Shown here: piece by piece, positions 10,679 through 21,437 of the stretch
Layout of the letters: every line of letters starts with the position of its first letter
Numbering within the stretch: position 1 is the first letter of the stretch
Assembly: GCA_963733055.1 (NCBI GenBank)
Contig: CAVTBR010000001.1
Span: 192,001 to 256,000, forward strand
From: Candidatus Bathyarchaeota archaeon
Lineage (GTDB): Archaea; Thermoproteota; Bathyarchaeia; 40CM-2-53-6
Length of the DNA stretch: 64,000 nt
Direction of reading: 5' to 3'
Translations under genes and position numbers: made by a program
Notes under the pieces: model-generated
The model's input: the letters and a program-made list of their open reading frames with translations, nothing else
What the model was told of the DNA's origin: nothing
Database searches by the model: none

Positions 10679-11629
10679 GTGGTAAAAATGAAACCGGCTG
10701 AGACTATGTCGAAAGAGGAATTTGATAGACTCTTCAAGAAGATTAGCAACTGGGGACGGTGGGGACCCGACGACGAGCGCGGGACTCTGAACTACATAAC
10801 CCCATCGCACATACGCGCCGCGGCAGCACTCGTACGATCCGGACGCTCAGTTTCGCTTACCATTCCAATCAACAAAGTCGCTGGCCCAGACAATCCGAAT
10901 CCTGCAGTACATCTCATGACACTAACCTATGACACACCGCTATCGCACGGGGAACCGCAGTTCTCGATGGACTATTTGGCCTGCGCATGCCACGGTGATT
11001 CCCACACTCACATTGATGCGCTCTGTCACATAGGCTACAAGGGACAGCTCTACAACGGCAAACCAATGAGTGCGGTAAGCTCCCAGGGGGCGAGCCTAAT
11101 GGACATCACCGCTTACGCAAATGGGATTGTAGGGCGCGGAGTGCTTTTGGACATTCCGCGTTTGAAGGGTACGAAATGGCTCGAACCCGGAGAAGCTGTT
11201 ACGACTGAAGAACTTGAGGCTGCTGAGAAGGCGGAGGGCGTGAAGCTTGGGGAGGGAGACATTTTCGTATTTCGCACCGGACATCACAGGCGCCGTTTGG
11301 AGCTTGGCTCTTGGAATTGTGGATATGATGGGGAAGGAAAAGCAGGGCTTGACCCAAGCACAATGGAGCTTCTCTCTGAGCGTAAGGTGGCCGCATTCTT
11401 GCCCGACGGGGACGGAGAGGTTGTTCCAAGTTGCGTTGACGGCGTCGGTTATCCAATTCACGCATTGCAAATCGCTTCGATGGGTATGGCATGCGCGGAT
11501 AGCCTGCAGTTCGAGGATCTAGTCAAAGTGTGCGAGGAGGAGAAGAGGTGGGAATTCATGATTGTAGCGGCGCCGTTACGGCTGCCGAAGGGAACGGGAT
11601 CACTCTTCAATCCAATCGCAATATTCTAG
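10679..11629 (+). CDS. Cyclase family (kynurenine formamidase-like) metal hydrolase
   Basis: NWGRWGPDDERGTLN, HGDSHTHIDALCH, GTGSLFNPIA. Confidence 0.85.
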   Translation: MVKMKPAETMSKEEFDRLFKKISNWGRWGPDDERGTLNYITPSHIRAAAALVRSGRSVSLTIPINKVAGPDNPNPAVHLMTLTYDTPLSHGEPQFSMDYLACACHGDSHTHIDALCHIGYKGQLYNGKPMSAVSSQGASLMDITAYANGIVGRGVLLDIPRLKGTKWLEPGEAVTTEELEAAEKAEGVKLGEGDIFVFRTGHHRRRLELGSWNCGYDGEGKAGLDPSTMELLSERKVAAFLPDGDGEVVPSCVDGVGYPIHALQIASMGMACADSLQFEDLVKVCEEEKRWEFMIVAAPLRLPKGTGSLFNPIAIF

Positions 11630-11772
11630 CATCGACTTGCCCTCATCGAAGTCTAGACTAACCAACCCGAATGAAGTCTGGATATGCTCTCGAATCCTGC
11701 GAAACCTGTTTTGGTTTAGAGCCGAAACGCATAAGATTTGAGGAAACTTGCCGCTGGTCTGCGTGACTAAGT

Positions 11773-12759
11773 TTGGCGAAGATGGAGATTTCGGTAAATC
11801 TCGGGGAAAATGATTATGACCCGCAGGAATTTGTTGATGCGGCAGTTTATGCTGATCGATTAGGTTTCCGAACCGTTTGGTTTGGAGATCACATCTTTCC
11901 TTGGTATCACTCTGGTAAGCGGTCCTCTTTTTGCTGGTCGATGATGAGCGTGGCATTAGAAAAAACTAGAAACATCAAGGTAGGCCCATGGGTTACCGTG
12001 CCCACGGGAGCAAGGTATCATCCCGCAATAATCGCTCAGGCAGCAGCAACTCTAGACAACATGTACCCGGGTAGACTGATGCTTGGAGTAGGCACTGGTG
12101 AGGCGCTAAATGAAAGACCATTCTGGAACGGAAAATGGCCGACATGGGAAGAAAGAAAGGACAGACTCGTGGAAGGACTTAGACTAATCAAACAACTATG
12201 GAAATCCCCAGAACCCTTCAAGTTTGAAGGCAAATACTTCTCATCTGATTTCTATTACCTCTACACGAAACCAGCACGGAAGATTCCAATCTATTTCTCA
12301 GCAATAGGGAAGAAGGCGGCTCATGAAGCCGGCGTGCACGCAGACGGCCTGATTTCGATAAGTCCGAGAAATGACACCAAGAAACTTGTCGATACCATTC
12401 TTCCAGCATACAAAGAAGGAAGACAACAAGCCAACAAAGAAGGATTGGGAAAGGTAGCGGTTGAACTTGTCTTCAGCTTCGATGAACCAAATGAATTGAT
12501 CAAGAACACGTGGAGAACGCTTGGCATCTGCCGCAAAGACTCGTGGAGCATTCCAACCCCTGTTGCCGTAGAGGAAGAAGGAAGGAAAGTGACCGAGGAG
12601 GATTTGAGAAGAAACATGCACTTCTGCAAGAACTGGAAAGAAGTAGTCAAGGTAATCGAAGAGTACAAGAAAGCAGGTGTGAACGAAGTAACCACCTACA
12701 CGGGTTGCAACAAGAAGCTGATCCATGCATTTGCAAAGAACGTCCACGATGTCTTCTAA
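11773..12759 (+). CDS. LLM-class flavin/F420-dependent oxidoreductase (G6PDH-F420-like)
   Basis: GDHIFPW, RYHPAIIAQAAATLD, GVGTGEALNE. Confidence 0.85.
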   Translation: MAKMEISVNLGENDYDPQEFVDAAVYADRLGFRTVWFGDHIFPWYHSGKRSSFCWSMMSVALEKTRNIKVGPWVTVPTGARYHPAIIAQAAATLDNMYPGRLMLGVGTGEALNERPFWNGKWPTWEERKDRLVEGLRLIKQLWKSPEPFKFEGKYFSSDFYYLYTKPARKIPIYFSAIGKKAAHEAGVHADGLISISPRNDTKKLVDTILPAYKEGRQQANKEGLGKVAVELVFSFDEPNELIKNTWRTLGICRKDSWSIPTPVAVEEEGRKVTEEDLRRNMHFCKNWKEVVKVIEEYKKAGVNEVTTYTGCNKKLIHAFAKNVHDVF

Positions 12760-12833
12760 CCGTCCAGATAGTCACCGTTAGAATCTGGTGGCCGACACTG
12801 AGTCTGATCGGAATCGACCCTCAATATTTTCAA

Positions 12834-12852
12834 TGGTGCGGGGGAGGGGATT
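12834..12852 (-). repeat. 19-bp copy of the tRNA-Leu 3' end (putative att site)
   Basis: TGGTGCGGGGGAGGGGATT is identical to 19216-19234. Confidence 0.85.
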
Positions 12853-12951
12853 TCAGCCCCAATTTACTAGTAACTGCTAGCGAACCTGGTGGGTGCAGAC
12901 AGGAATTGAACCCAATAGGGCTCCAAAGAAGATATGGAAATCAGGGCATAA

Positions 12952-13689
12952 TCACTTCTTTACGATCAAGAGGCGAACACCGGGGTTGCCTTCAATACCT
13001 GATTTGAATTTGTCTACATCACGAATGAAACCAAGGTCGTAAACGACGAAAGTCATTCTTGCGTATCTGGTTTGATAGGCTGGAATGTCAGCATTGATCT
13101 CATCGACTATCGCTTTCTCCTTAGCCGCAGACTTACAGAGCTTGGCTTCCACGGCCAAATTGAGACTCTCAAATGTGAAATCTGGGATGAACAGTTTGGA
13201 TGAATATTCAATCGTCACCTTTTCACGCCTGTAGTCTAAGCCTCTAGCGTTGAAGATGATTTCCATCGCGTCCTGAACATCACTTTCGTCGTCCGGGTCG
13301 TTGAACATGGACGGTCGCAGCTTGGCAAGGATGAGATCTGCGATCGCGTCGGATTCCCTCTCTACAGCCCCGAGTTTACCCTGCACATAAGCTGCAAGCG
13401 CGCCCAATCTAGCGGAGGCAAGTTCGGAGTATGTTCTCCATAGACTGCCGACTGCGTCAGCAGGGTTCATTTGCTTTCCAATGTCAATGGGTTGGAACAG
13501 AGCCTCGGCTTCCTCTCCGAATTGCTCAAGGACGTATGGGAGCAATCGATTATACTCGTTGATGTACACCGGGTAACCTGCATAAGCCTCGAAAAAGGAC
13601 ACTTCGGTCTTCGGGACATTCGCTTCCAAGGGTCGTCTAGCACCTTCGGCAGCAGCCCTAATCATATTGTACAGTATCTGAATTTCCAC
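12952..13689 (-). CDS. PD-(D/E)XK restriction-endonuclease-like protein
   Basis: ESDVQD...RE...IPDF...AVEAK arrangement in the C-terminal half. Confidence 0.65.
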   Translation of the reverse strand: MEIQILYNMIRAAAEGARRPLEANVPKTEVSFFEAYAGYPVYINEYNRLLPYVLEQFGEEAEALFQPIDIGKQMNPADAVGSLWRTYSELASARLGALAAYVQGKLGAVERESDAIADLILAKLRPSMFNDPDDESDVQDAMEIIFNARGLDYRREKVTIEYSSKLFIPDFTFESLNLAVEAKLCKSAAKEKAIVDEINADIPAYQTRYARMTFVVYDLGFIRDVDKFKSGIEGNPGVRLLIVKK

Positions 13690-13868
13690 GAGTCCTCATT
13701 TAGTCGGGCTGAGTTCCGGGAGTCAATAAGGCTTGTGACAGGATCTGACACCCCAAGAGAAGGACTCGGCCTTTACTAGGGTCGTTCCGGAGGGACTTGA
13801 ACCTGATAAGGTGCAGGCCATGTTTCTGGCAATCTCGGTGCTTGATGTCTTGTAATATGGAATAGTTC

Positions 13869-14741
13869 TCAGACGATCTTCTCGGGAGGGGTTGTTAGAT
13901 TGTTGAAGAAAAGCCACAAGTTGACAACAACTCTCATGGCCTCTCCAAGAGTGCGGATTGCCTCATAGAGGCCAGCAACATCGTCAAATCTGAAGCTCTT
14001 ATCGAATGTAATCGCACCTTTTTCTTTTCCCCTCTCGATAACGTCGATGAACCGCATCATTTTCTTCTTCTCGTCATAGGTGAATCTGGCATGTGCTATT
14101 GCGTTCCTCACATGATGACCGTGTGTCCAAATGGCAATTATCGTCGGTGAATGGAAGCGAAGGGCTGAGTACAACCGGTCGATCGGTTCGTACTTCAGAA
14201 GATCCGGATCGGCAACTATGCCTGTCGAAATGAACTCGCGGACACAGTAAACAAGTCTGACCAATTCGTCGTAGTAACCCTCCATTGCGATCATGAAGGC
14301 GAAGCATAACACGTAGTAGCGAGGAAGATCCTCTAAATCTTTAATCACTTCGTGGAGACGGTTGAGTTTACCGTCTGTCTCCGACAACTCTTCAGGCATG
14401 ATTTTCATGAGCAAGTTAGTAATCTCGTGGCGATTCGCCTTGTACGATAACCTTGCGAAGAGATTGTCCACCTCCCCGAAAATCCTCACCGATACACGAC
14501 GCAGACGCGGAGCATTTCTGTCACAGAACTCTGGAAGTATCGTGTTGGCTCTAATGTTGTCGAATGTACGAATAAACTCTAGTTGAATTTGTTTGTCGGA
14601 GTGAACTTTTCCCCGACTTCTCTTCCAGTAGGACAACAGCTCCTTCAAGTCGCTCACTGTCGCGAAATAGGACCATCGTTCAAACAAGGAGAGCAGGTCC
14701 TCAGATTGTTTCTCAATACTTGGAAGATCCATGCATAACAC
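13869..14741 (-). CDS. Putative HEPN-domain protein
   Basis: Helical protein with an R-x4-H motif (VRNAIAH). Confidence 0.5.
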   Translation of the reverse strand: MLCMDLPSIEKQSEDLLSLFERWSYFATVSDLKELLSYWKRSRGKVHSDKQIQLEFIRTFDNIRANTILPEFCDRNAPRLRRVSVRIFGEVDNLFARLSYKANRHEITNLLMKIMPEELSETDGKLNRLHEVIKDLEDLPRYYVLCFAFMIAMEGYYDELVRLVYCVREFISTGIVADPDLLKYEPIDRLYSALRFHSPTIIAIWTHGHHVRNAIAHARFTYDEKKKMMRFIDVIERGKEKGAITFDKSFRFDDVAGLYEAIRTLGEAMRVVVNLWLFFNNLTTPPEKIV

Positions 14742-14753
14742 CGAATTCGAAGG

Positions 14754-15278
14754 CTAAATTGCACTCAATTCGAGCAGCCCTGTTTTGGGGTGAGCCAATA
14801 TGATTTGTATTTCCTTGTACAAGTTGTCTCGTTGACTGATGATCCGGTCTAGCTTGGTGCGGTGAGGCGGTCTGGCTCCGCCACTTAGATGATTAATTTC
14901 ATCAAATAACAACTCGTACCTCTCCTTGGTAAGGGTCTTCATCTTTGCGAGTTTTGGAAGATCTCTATGGAGTACTTCGTGAACGTGGGCCTGACATTGT
15001 TGGAAATCGAACCCTCTAACGAAGCATTTGATTTCACAAACGCACTCGGGCTCTACAGAAGGCCTGTGTCCAGCTCTCTCTGGTCCGATTACGAAATCGT
15101 ACTTGATCTGGTCGGGTTGACCCGTAACTCTTGCTTGGATATGCACTTTGGAAGGGGAAATCGTTGCTAAAGACAAGTGGTAAAGATATGACTGCCAGTC
15201 CGCCTCCATAATCGGGACAAAATCGCGTCTGTTATAATCATCTAGAAGAAGCCTGACAGCATCTGGTACCGAGAACAA
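14754..15278 (-). CDS. Putative PD-(D/E)XK nuclease
   Basis: EADWQ...YDFVI...CEIK. Confidence 0.5.
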   Translation of the reverse strand: MFSVPDAVRLLLDDYNRRDFVPIMEADWQSYLYHLSLATISPSKVHIQARVTGQPDQIKYDFVIGPERAGHRPSVEPECVCEIKCFVRGFDFQQCQAHVHEVLHRDLPKLAKMKTLTKERYELLFDEINHLSGGARPPHRTKLDRIISQRDNLYKEIQIILAHPKTGLLELSAI

Positions 15279-15502
15279 ATCACTCGTGAACTCTAAGTGC
15301 TGCTAAAGTATATCATATTTCGGGGTCAATTTTCGTTCATATATGCGCAGGAGGATTTCAACCGCGAGTTACCGGTAATCATATTCTCCGTAACGGAAAC
15401 CGTATAGGACTGAACCTAGAACAATTGCACAGACATAGATTGAGTTGCCGTACGTCTCTGAAAAATGCCAGGTCATGTAACTCTGCAACCGTTAAAGGCA
15501 AA

Positions 15503-16072
15503 ATGGAGCTTCAAGCTATTGCAAAGTTCTATGCCAATGATATTCGACCTCGAGCCTATGATGAACTCAATTGGTTTAGGGAACAGCCGACATTGAGCGC
15601 TAACATCCGCGCTGCCGCACTTGCAACCAACAGCAACGGCAAAAGGTATCCACACCAGCGGCGGCTACGCAAGACTACCCTTCAGCAAGCCTGCGATTCT
15701 CTTTTAGCGAATGAAAGGAAAATAAGAAAATGCGAAGACTTCGACGACCTGCATGCCCTTCTTGACAGACTGCTTAACCCGATCAAAGGCATTGGGGAGT
15801 TGTACATCTATGACTTGTCGTTGCGGATAGGTGCAAAGCTTGGTTTCCTGCCGACTAAGGTCTATTTGCATGCCGGAACACGGCTTGGGGCACGGGCGCT
15901 AGACTTCGATCGTCGAAGAAAGACGCTGGAGGTCTCAGAATTGCCCCTAGGGTTGCGACAACTTGAGCCACATGAAATCGAAGACGTCTTGTGTATCTTC
16001 AAGAATTCGCTGATTGAGGCTAAGACGAGTACGCAAATACATGAAGCGATCAAGCGGAGTTGGTGCAACTAA
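15503..16072 (+). CDS. Hypothetical protein with a helix-hairpin-helix-like motif
   Basis: IKGIGELYIYD (HhH-like), HAGTRLGA, EIEDVLC; ATG at 15503 preferred over TTG 15425. Confidence 0.55.
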   Translation: MELQAIAKFYANDIRPRAYDELNWFREQPTLSANIRAAALATNSNGKRYPHQRRLRKTTLQQACDSLLANERKIRKCEDFDDLHALLDRLLNPIKGIGELYIYDLSLRIGAKLGFLPTKVYLHAGTRLGARALDFDRRRKTLEVSELPLGLRQLEPHEIEDVLCIFKNSLIEAKTSTQIHEAIKRSWCN

Positions 16073-16100
16073 CCGAAGCACCCCACCTCCGATCAAACGT

Positions 16101-16739
16101 CTAAACGAAACAATTCACGAATTCACGCCATTGACCGGGAACAATCTCTTGGGTTCGTGATTCAGCGAGACAGAATGCCCTGTACTTTGGTTCAAGGGTT
16201 CTCTTCATATCTTCAACGTAACTGATGGATCCACTCTTCGTGGTTTTCCACGTTTCTCTAATGGTCAGATACACGCAGTTTATGTTCGGATAATACCTTC
16301 GCAATGCATCGAAATCGCATAACAACTTCTGAGGATAATCATGTCTCATGTAGCCATGGCTTTTGACTTCAATCACGAAACGCACCTCTTCGTTACGATA
16401 CGCGTTTGTGAAAGCCCTTGGAATAGCGTTTTGGTTTACCAGAAGGAGGTCGAATTCTGTTGGATACCCGTCAATGTATACATTAGGGCCAACTAGTTTC
16501 AAGTTTGATGGCAAACGGTGCTTCAAGAACACCTTTACCACTCTGCACACGAGGTCCCCGTTGAACTTATTCCAACTGTACTTCCTTCCTCCTGAAGTGG
16601 CAGCCCGTTTCTCGGAAGTTCTTATTGTGGATACAATTTCCTGTTGCTCTTGCATTGCCGCAGAGTCGTTCCAATTGGCATCAATATCCATACTGCTATC
16701 CTGCTTGAACACTCCGCGATTGCCGTGGGCGCTTTCCAT
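16101..16739 (-). CDS. Putative PD-(D/E)XK restriction endonuclease
   Basis: EFDLLLV...VIEVKS. Confidence 0.6.
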   Translation of the reverse strand: MESAHGNRGVFKQDSSMDIDANWNDSAAMQEQQEIVSTIRTSEKRAATSGGRKYSWNKFNGDLVCRVVKVFLKHRLPSNLKLVGPNVYIDGYPTEFDLLLVNQNAIPRAFTNAYRNEEVRFVIEVKSHGYMRHDYPQKLLCDFDALRRYYPNINCVYLTIRETWKTTKSGSISYVEDMKRTLEPKYRAFCLAESRTQEIVPGQWREFVNCFV

Positions 16740-16889
16740 GTTTCAAATGGGCATGAGAGCGGAGAATAAATCTTTGGAACAGCCTATTGACAAGGCAACA
16801 CGTACTCGAAATGCTTTAGGAGCTTTCAGCAGCAGTTTTCGGACTTGAACTCATTTAGGGTCAGATTCGGAGGGATTCGAACCGATTTG

Positions 16890-17717
16890 CTAGGGTCCTG
16901 TCTGGCTTAGGTCGAAAGCAGAAGCAGTCTTCTCAAGAAACTTAATGACACGGGTTGCCAGAATATTCAGGTCAGGCAGATATCCACCGGTCGCTCGAAT
17001 AATACTTGATATCTTGTACACGTCCTGTTTCTCCAGTTCGAGGTCATGATTCACAAAGAAGTCAACGAGCAACCAATAATTGACTATACCCTTCAATTCG
17101 GGATATTTTGATGCATACTTCTCTTTCAGTGATGCCAACTCGTTGGATTTGGTTTCCATCATTGGATTCCAGCCCCAGGGGTACCTTAACGGCGTTATCT
17201 TTCCTTCTCTAGCAGAGAAAAGCATCCCACCGACGTTTGGTATACTGTGTACAACCATTACGTCGCGAACTGGTCCGAGACAAATCTCGAACCAGTCTGC
17301 GTTTCTAACAAGCTCTGCGTATTCTTGGTTAGGAGGATAATTTGCATTCTCAGGCCGTTGAAAGAAAACTCTCTGGTCATGGAAAGATTTGGGCGGGCGA
17401 TTACCCTGATTTCGGAGGAGTATGGAAGTTAGTTCTCCAATTTTGTCCATGAGAATCTTGGCATGGATGATGAAACTGTCGTGATCCAAGTTCAATATTA
17501 GCGTCGTCTCTAATCCTCGCTGGAATTCCAACTGTTCTTTCGTGGATAGTTCGTATCCAACTCTGTGTTCGAAAAACTTTGTCTGGAAATCGTAGAATTG
17601 TGTGTAGCTTCTGTAGTCAGACCTTAACCGTCCCCAAATGATTTGTAAATACTCCAGTTGTCGAGAGTAGGCCATGTATGGGTAAAACAAAATGTCTCTA
17701 TCTTCTCTCCCATTCAC
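16890..17717 (-). CDS. Putative HEPN-like (Cthe_2314-type) protein
   Basis: FIIHAKILMD helix followed by RDVMVVH (R-x5-H). Confidence 0.45.
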   Translation of the reverse strand: MNGREDRDILFYPYMAYSRQLEYLQIIWGRLRSDYRSYTQFYDFQTKFFEHRVGYELSTKEQLEFQRGLETTLILNLDHDSFIIHAKILMDKIGELTSILLRNQGNRPPKSFHDQRVFFQRPENANYPPNQEYAELVRNADWFEICLGPVRDVMVVHSIPNVGGMLFSAREGKITPLRYPWGWNPMMETKSNELASLKEKYASKYPELKGIVNYWLLVDFFVNHDLELEKQDVYKISSIIRATGGYLPDLNILATRVIKFLEKTASAFDLSQTGP

Positions 17718-17822
17718 TCCGCGAAGAGGATCGTACCAACGAAAATGTCCTAGGTCGAATGTTATTGTCGTGGAGAGTCGCTTCCTAGGTGCGCCTTGCC
17801 TGCTCCGGGCATTGAATATCGA

Positions 17823-19048
17823 TTAATCGAGCGAGCTTAGTGATTCAATGGCCGCGGATTCAAGTGCCCCGGTATCCTTAGCTCGGACTTTGTACCCGAT
17901 GTTACGAGTCGCTGACTGATTCGACCAGCCTGCTTCGTAGTCAAATTCATTCGGTGACGGTGTGAGATCCTTCTGGGAATCTCCGTGACTCTCTGCCTGC
18001 TGGTCAATTAGGTAGCCGAAGTAACCGCCTGTGTATCCCAAGACCCACACATCCGACTCCATACAGTTTGCAATATGATAACCTGACTCGCAAAATGGTT
18101 CACCTGGTAGACCCACGATGTATGTTTCACCTATTTTGATCGCGTTGATATTACCCGGCCGCGTTACGAGCAATTGCCCTGGACACCAAGGTTCAAAGCT
18201 AAAGTCAATGGGTCTCGAATTGTAACCCAGTTTCGGATTTACAGTTGTTGACAATTCTAACGCCTTAACACTCTGGGCTAGTTGCGTACCGAGCCATCGA
18301 GCTTTCTCTTCACCTTTTCCACTGTCATCGATTTCTCCATCAGCACTTGGATCAACATAACCCGCGCAGCCGTTAACGAATATCGTACAGAAGCCAGGAA
18401 GCCCTTTCCGAAGATAGCCCACATAGTCCGCTGAAGCCAGATAGTTGGTCTGACCAAAACATGTTGGATGACAGGTGAATCGCACTATCAAAATTGTTTG
18501 AGAGGAAGTGTTCAATCGAAGTACGCGGACGCTTCGGTCAACTCCCCGGTTCTTCTCGTAGGCACGCCTATTGCAGTTCGCGACCAGACTTGCCGTCCCT
18601 TTTGACAATGTGGCAACTGATACGGTCTTTGCGGCTCTTTCCAGAAGATCAAGTGATAGATCGGATACCTTTGCACTGAAATCCAAATCGGCCCTGTCAG
18701 TACACGTTGTAACAAGAGAGGGGGCAGAGTGAGTGTGGCTAGATGTTATGAGGAGAGAATCTATTCCGAGTTTTTGATTCGCCTGTGATTCGATTTCCGC
18801 AACGAGTCCTGAATTGATCCCCAGAACGTCAAGTGACAGGATCGCTACTGTTAGTTTGTAATCCTTTAAGACTAATGCGGTCAAAAGGGGGGAGAGTCTT
18901 GATGCACATCATCACATTTTCTAAGCATGGTCTTGTAGTGTTCTTCATGCTGGGTCGGGTCCGGTATTACTGGCCCCCCGAATCCGACCAGTTTCGTCTC
19001 TGTCGGTTCCATGGGCAAGCATGAATATGCGTAAGCTGCATTCAGCAA
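17823..19048 (-). CDS. Neutral/alkaline ceramidase-like metallohydrolase; frameshift in the C6T4 run near 18885
   Basis: SHTHSAP, TCHPT, SADYVG, NGCAG, LPGEPF. The upstream frame supplies the N-terminus LVGFGG...RKCDDVHQD. Confidence 0.7.
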
Positions 19049-19215
19049 CGATCTCAAACTCCTCTTCTCAGGATCACCCTTACTTTTCTTCTCACCACAA
19101 TTTATAGAAAACTAGTCTTGCACGAAGCGGACTTACTCGATTAGGGTCATAGTCGGATGATTCGTACTGGACGGGTTCAAGCCCAGAGTGATTCTCTCAC
19201 TTCAGACCCGTAAAG

Positions 19216-19370
<155 letters not shown>

Positions 19371-19638
19371 GTCCAGGCCTACCCAGTTAACCCGTAAGGG
19401 TCCGCCGCGAGTCCGCGTGTGCGAATGGTAAGCTCTTAAAGATTGTCACGTGCTTCTGTTAACTTGTCATCTCATGTTGACTAGCCGTTTCTGTTAACTC
19501 GTCTGCATCTACTTTCAAGATTAACCTACGCTGGAGTTCTTGTACGATTGCTTCAGGTGCTGACGCGATGGTCCCGAAGACAGCCTCAAGCTTCAAAAAG
19601 CCATCCGGTATTCACAGTGGCAGGCCCGTGACAGCAAC

Positions 19639-19935
19639 TTGAAGTTCACGTTCGGCAAGAAACAGAGCGTTGACACCGTTGAATTGGACAACCTCTTCAC
19701 AGATCTGAAGGGTGTGCTCCAGAAGCATCCCTTGGTTCCAGCTGCCAACATAGATGCTCTAGTCTCAGAGTGGATTAACGATCTTCTCTTTCTCGCCGGC
19801 AAGATCACTGAGGATGAACTCAAGGAGGCCATGCAAACCTTCGAAACCGCAGAGACCACTGGCAAAGAAACTGCGGAAGGCGGTAAAGCGGCAGAGCAGG
19901 ATGAAGATGATGACGATTCAGAGGACGAAGACTAG
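19639..19935 (+). CDS. Small hypothetical protein with acidic C-terminal tail
   Basis: Protein-like composition with a D/E-rich tail; no family recognised. Confidence 0.55.
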   Translation: MKFTFGKKQSVDTVELDNLFTDLKGVLQKHPLVPAANIDALVSEWINDLLFLAGKITEDELKEAMQTFETAETTGKETAEGGKAAEQDEDDDDSEDED

Positions 19936-19977
19936 GGAAACGGTTGAAAGTTAACTAATGCTTGGATAATGCCCGGT

Positions 19978-20661
19978 CTATGAAATTGAGCTGACGTTGA
20001 TGTAGTCGGTTGGACACGAGTTGCCAATGGAGCTTGTGTTGTAGCCTTGGTACATTTGTCCGCTTACGGTGACCCATGTTCCGCTGGCTGGTGTGTTTGA
20101 GGGCAGGTTGTGTAGGGCGTAGTATTCGTTGACGTAGGTGGTTGCGTAGGATGGGTAGGGGTTGTTAGTTGTGGAGATCACTAGGAGAGTGCATCCGTTC
20201 TGGGCTTGGTACAAGTAACCTGAGCAGGTCACGTTATTGTACGTCCCTGATGATTGGCAGGGAGAGTAATAATTGCCATATCCATAGTAGCCTGGGTTGT
20301 AGTAGTAACTCGGGTAGCCATAACAGCCGTAGGAATAGCACGGCTGATAGCCTCCGTAGTTTCCGTAATTCCCATAGTTTCCATAATTTCCGTAACCGTA
20401 TCCGTTAGACATCCCGCTTAGCGTAGTGTAACTGGTTGCGGTGCTAACGCTAGTTACGGCTTGGGTTTGGACGAAATAGACGCTTTGAGTATTCGTCTGC
20501 ATCTGCTGTTGCGTGACAGTTACGGTGTGTGGGTTGAGCGCGGTATAGCCCGCGAAAGCTAAACTGAGAAGGGCAACCAACACGAGCCCGCCTACAGCGA
20601 CGCGGCTTGCTCCGCTGCGCCCCGATTTAGGAGCTTGAACGGGCTGGTTCGTTTGGCTCAT
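19978..20661 (-). CDS. Membrane-anchored Tyr/Gly/Asn/Thr-rich surface protein
   Basis: N-terminal TM helix, Thr-rich linker, (GNY)4 repeat, Cys-containing C-terminal domain. Confidence 0.7.
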   Translation of the reverse strand: MSQTNQPVQAPKSGRSGASRVAVGGLVLVALLSLAFAGYTALNPHTVTVTQQQMQTNTQSVYFVQTQAVTSVSTATSYTTLSGMSNGYGYGNYGNYGNYGNYGGYQPCYSYGCYGYPSYYYNPGYYGYGNYYSPCQSSGTYNNVTCSGYLYQAQNGCTLLVISTTNNPYPSYATTYVNEYYALHNLPSNTPASGTWVTVSGQMYQGYNTSSIGNSCPTDYINVSSIS

Positions 20662-20883
20662 GATTCCTCTCGTTAAGGGACGATGGAACCGCGATTAAAC
20701 ATATTTCCACCGGGTAGAAAACAGATCTACCCATGTTCTTTCAAAGGGCCTCAGTTTTACGAGGTAGGATTGAAGCAGCTGCACTTTTTCGCCCTATGGG
20801 TGGCACAACCAATCAACCTGTGATCCTTGCAACCACAAATCACGCAATGCTTCTCTGAGCCCATTGTGTCTCAACCTCGAGAA

Positions 20884-21246
20884 TTACTGCTTTCGTTCGG
20901 CTGTGGAGATGGGTAGCCCGTCAGGGTCGAGGCATACGGCCAACTTAATCTTCTCGTCAGGGCGGTCGGTGGGTGGCATGTTGAATGAAACTCCCTTCCC
21001 CTTGAGCTCATTGAATTTATCGTCAAGGTTGTCAACATAGAAACCAATCGAGGCCGAACCGGCTTTCGGTTCATGCGAAACCCCAGCGGGCTTAGCCCCG
21101 CCGTGAAGAGCGAGCACCGTCGTGCCAGTCTCGAACTCCGTCCATTCAGGCGACTCGAAGCGGAGTCGGAGGCCAAGTTTATCCCGGTAGAATTGGATTG
21201 ACCGGGACATGTCGGAGACCATGACATAATCTATGTGACTGAACAT
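20884..21246 (-). CDS. VOC/glyoxalase family protein
   Basis: VSDMSRSIQFYRDKLG, FYVDNLD, LDPDG. Confidence 0.85.
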   Translation of the reverse strand: MFSHIDYVMVSDMSRSIQFYRDKLGLRLRFESPEWTEFETGTTVLALHGGAKPAGVSHEPKAGSASIGFYVDNLDDKFNELKGKGVSFNMPPTDRPDEKIKLAVCLDPDGLPISTAERKQ

Positions 21247-21437
21247 CTGGCGTCACAATTAACCAACCACGGCCGGTACTTTTCAAGTTACCCTCCTACA
21301 CTGCCTTCAGAAAGCGGCACAATTGATTAGCCAGACTGAGGCTACGCTGATCCTAGATTTCCTGAAGAACTCGGTACGAGTAGGAAAACGGTAGATATGG
21401 CACATCGCGATAATGAACTAGCAATCAGGTAGCAACA

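Noticed and set aside
12834-12860. A second or split tRNA half
   Set aside because: Identity stops within the T-loop and there is no complementary leader for trans-splicing; it is better explained as an att remnant
19453-19499. TTCTGTTAACT direct repeat upstream of tRNA-Leu
   Set aside because: Only two short copies; possibly a regulator site but not supportable
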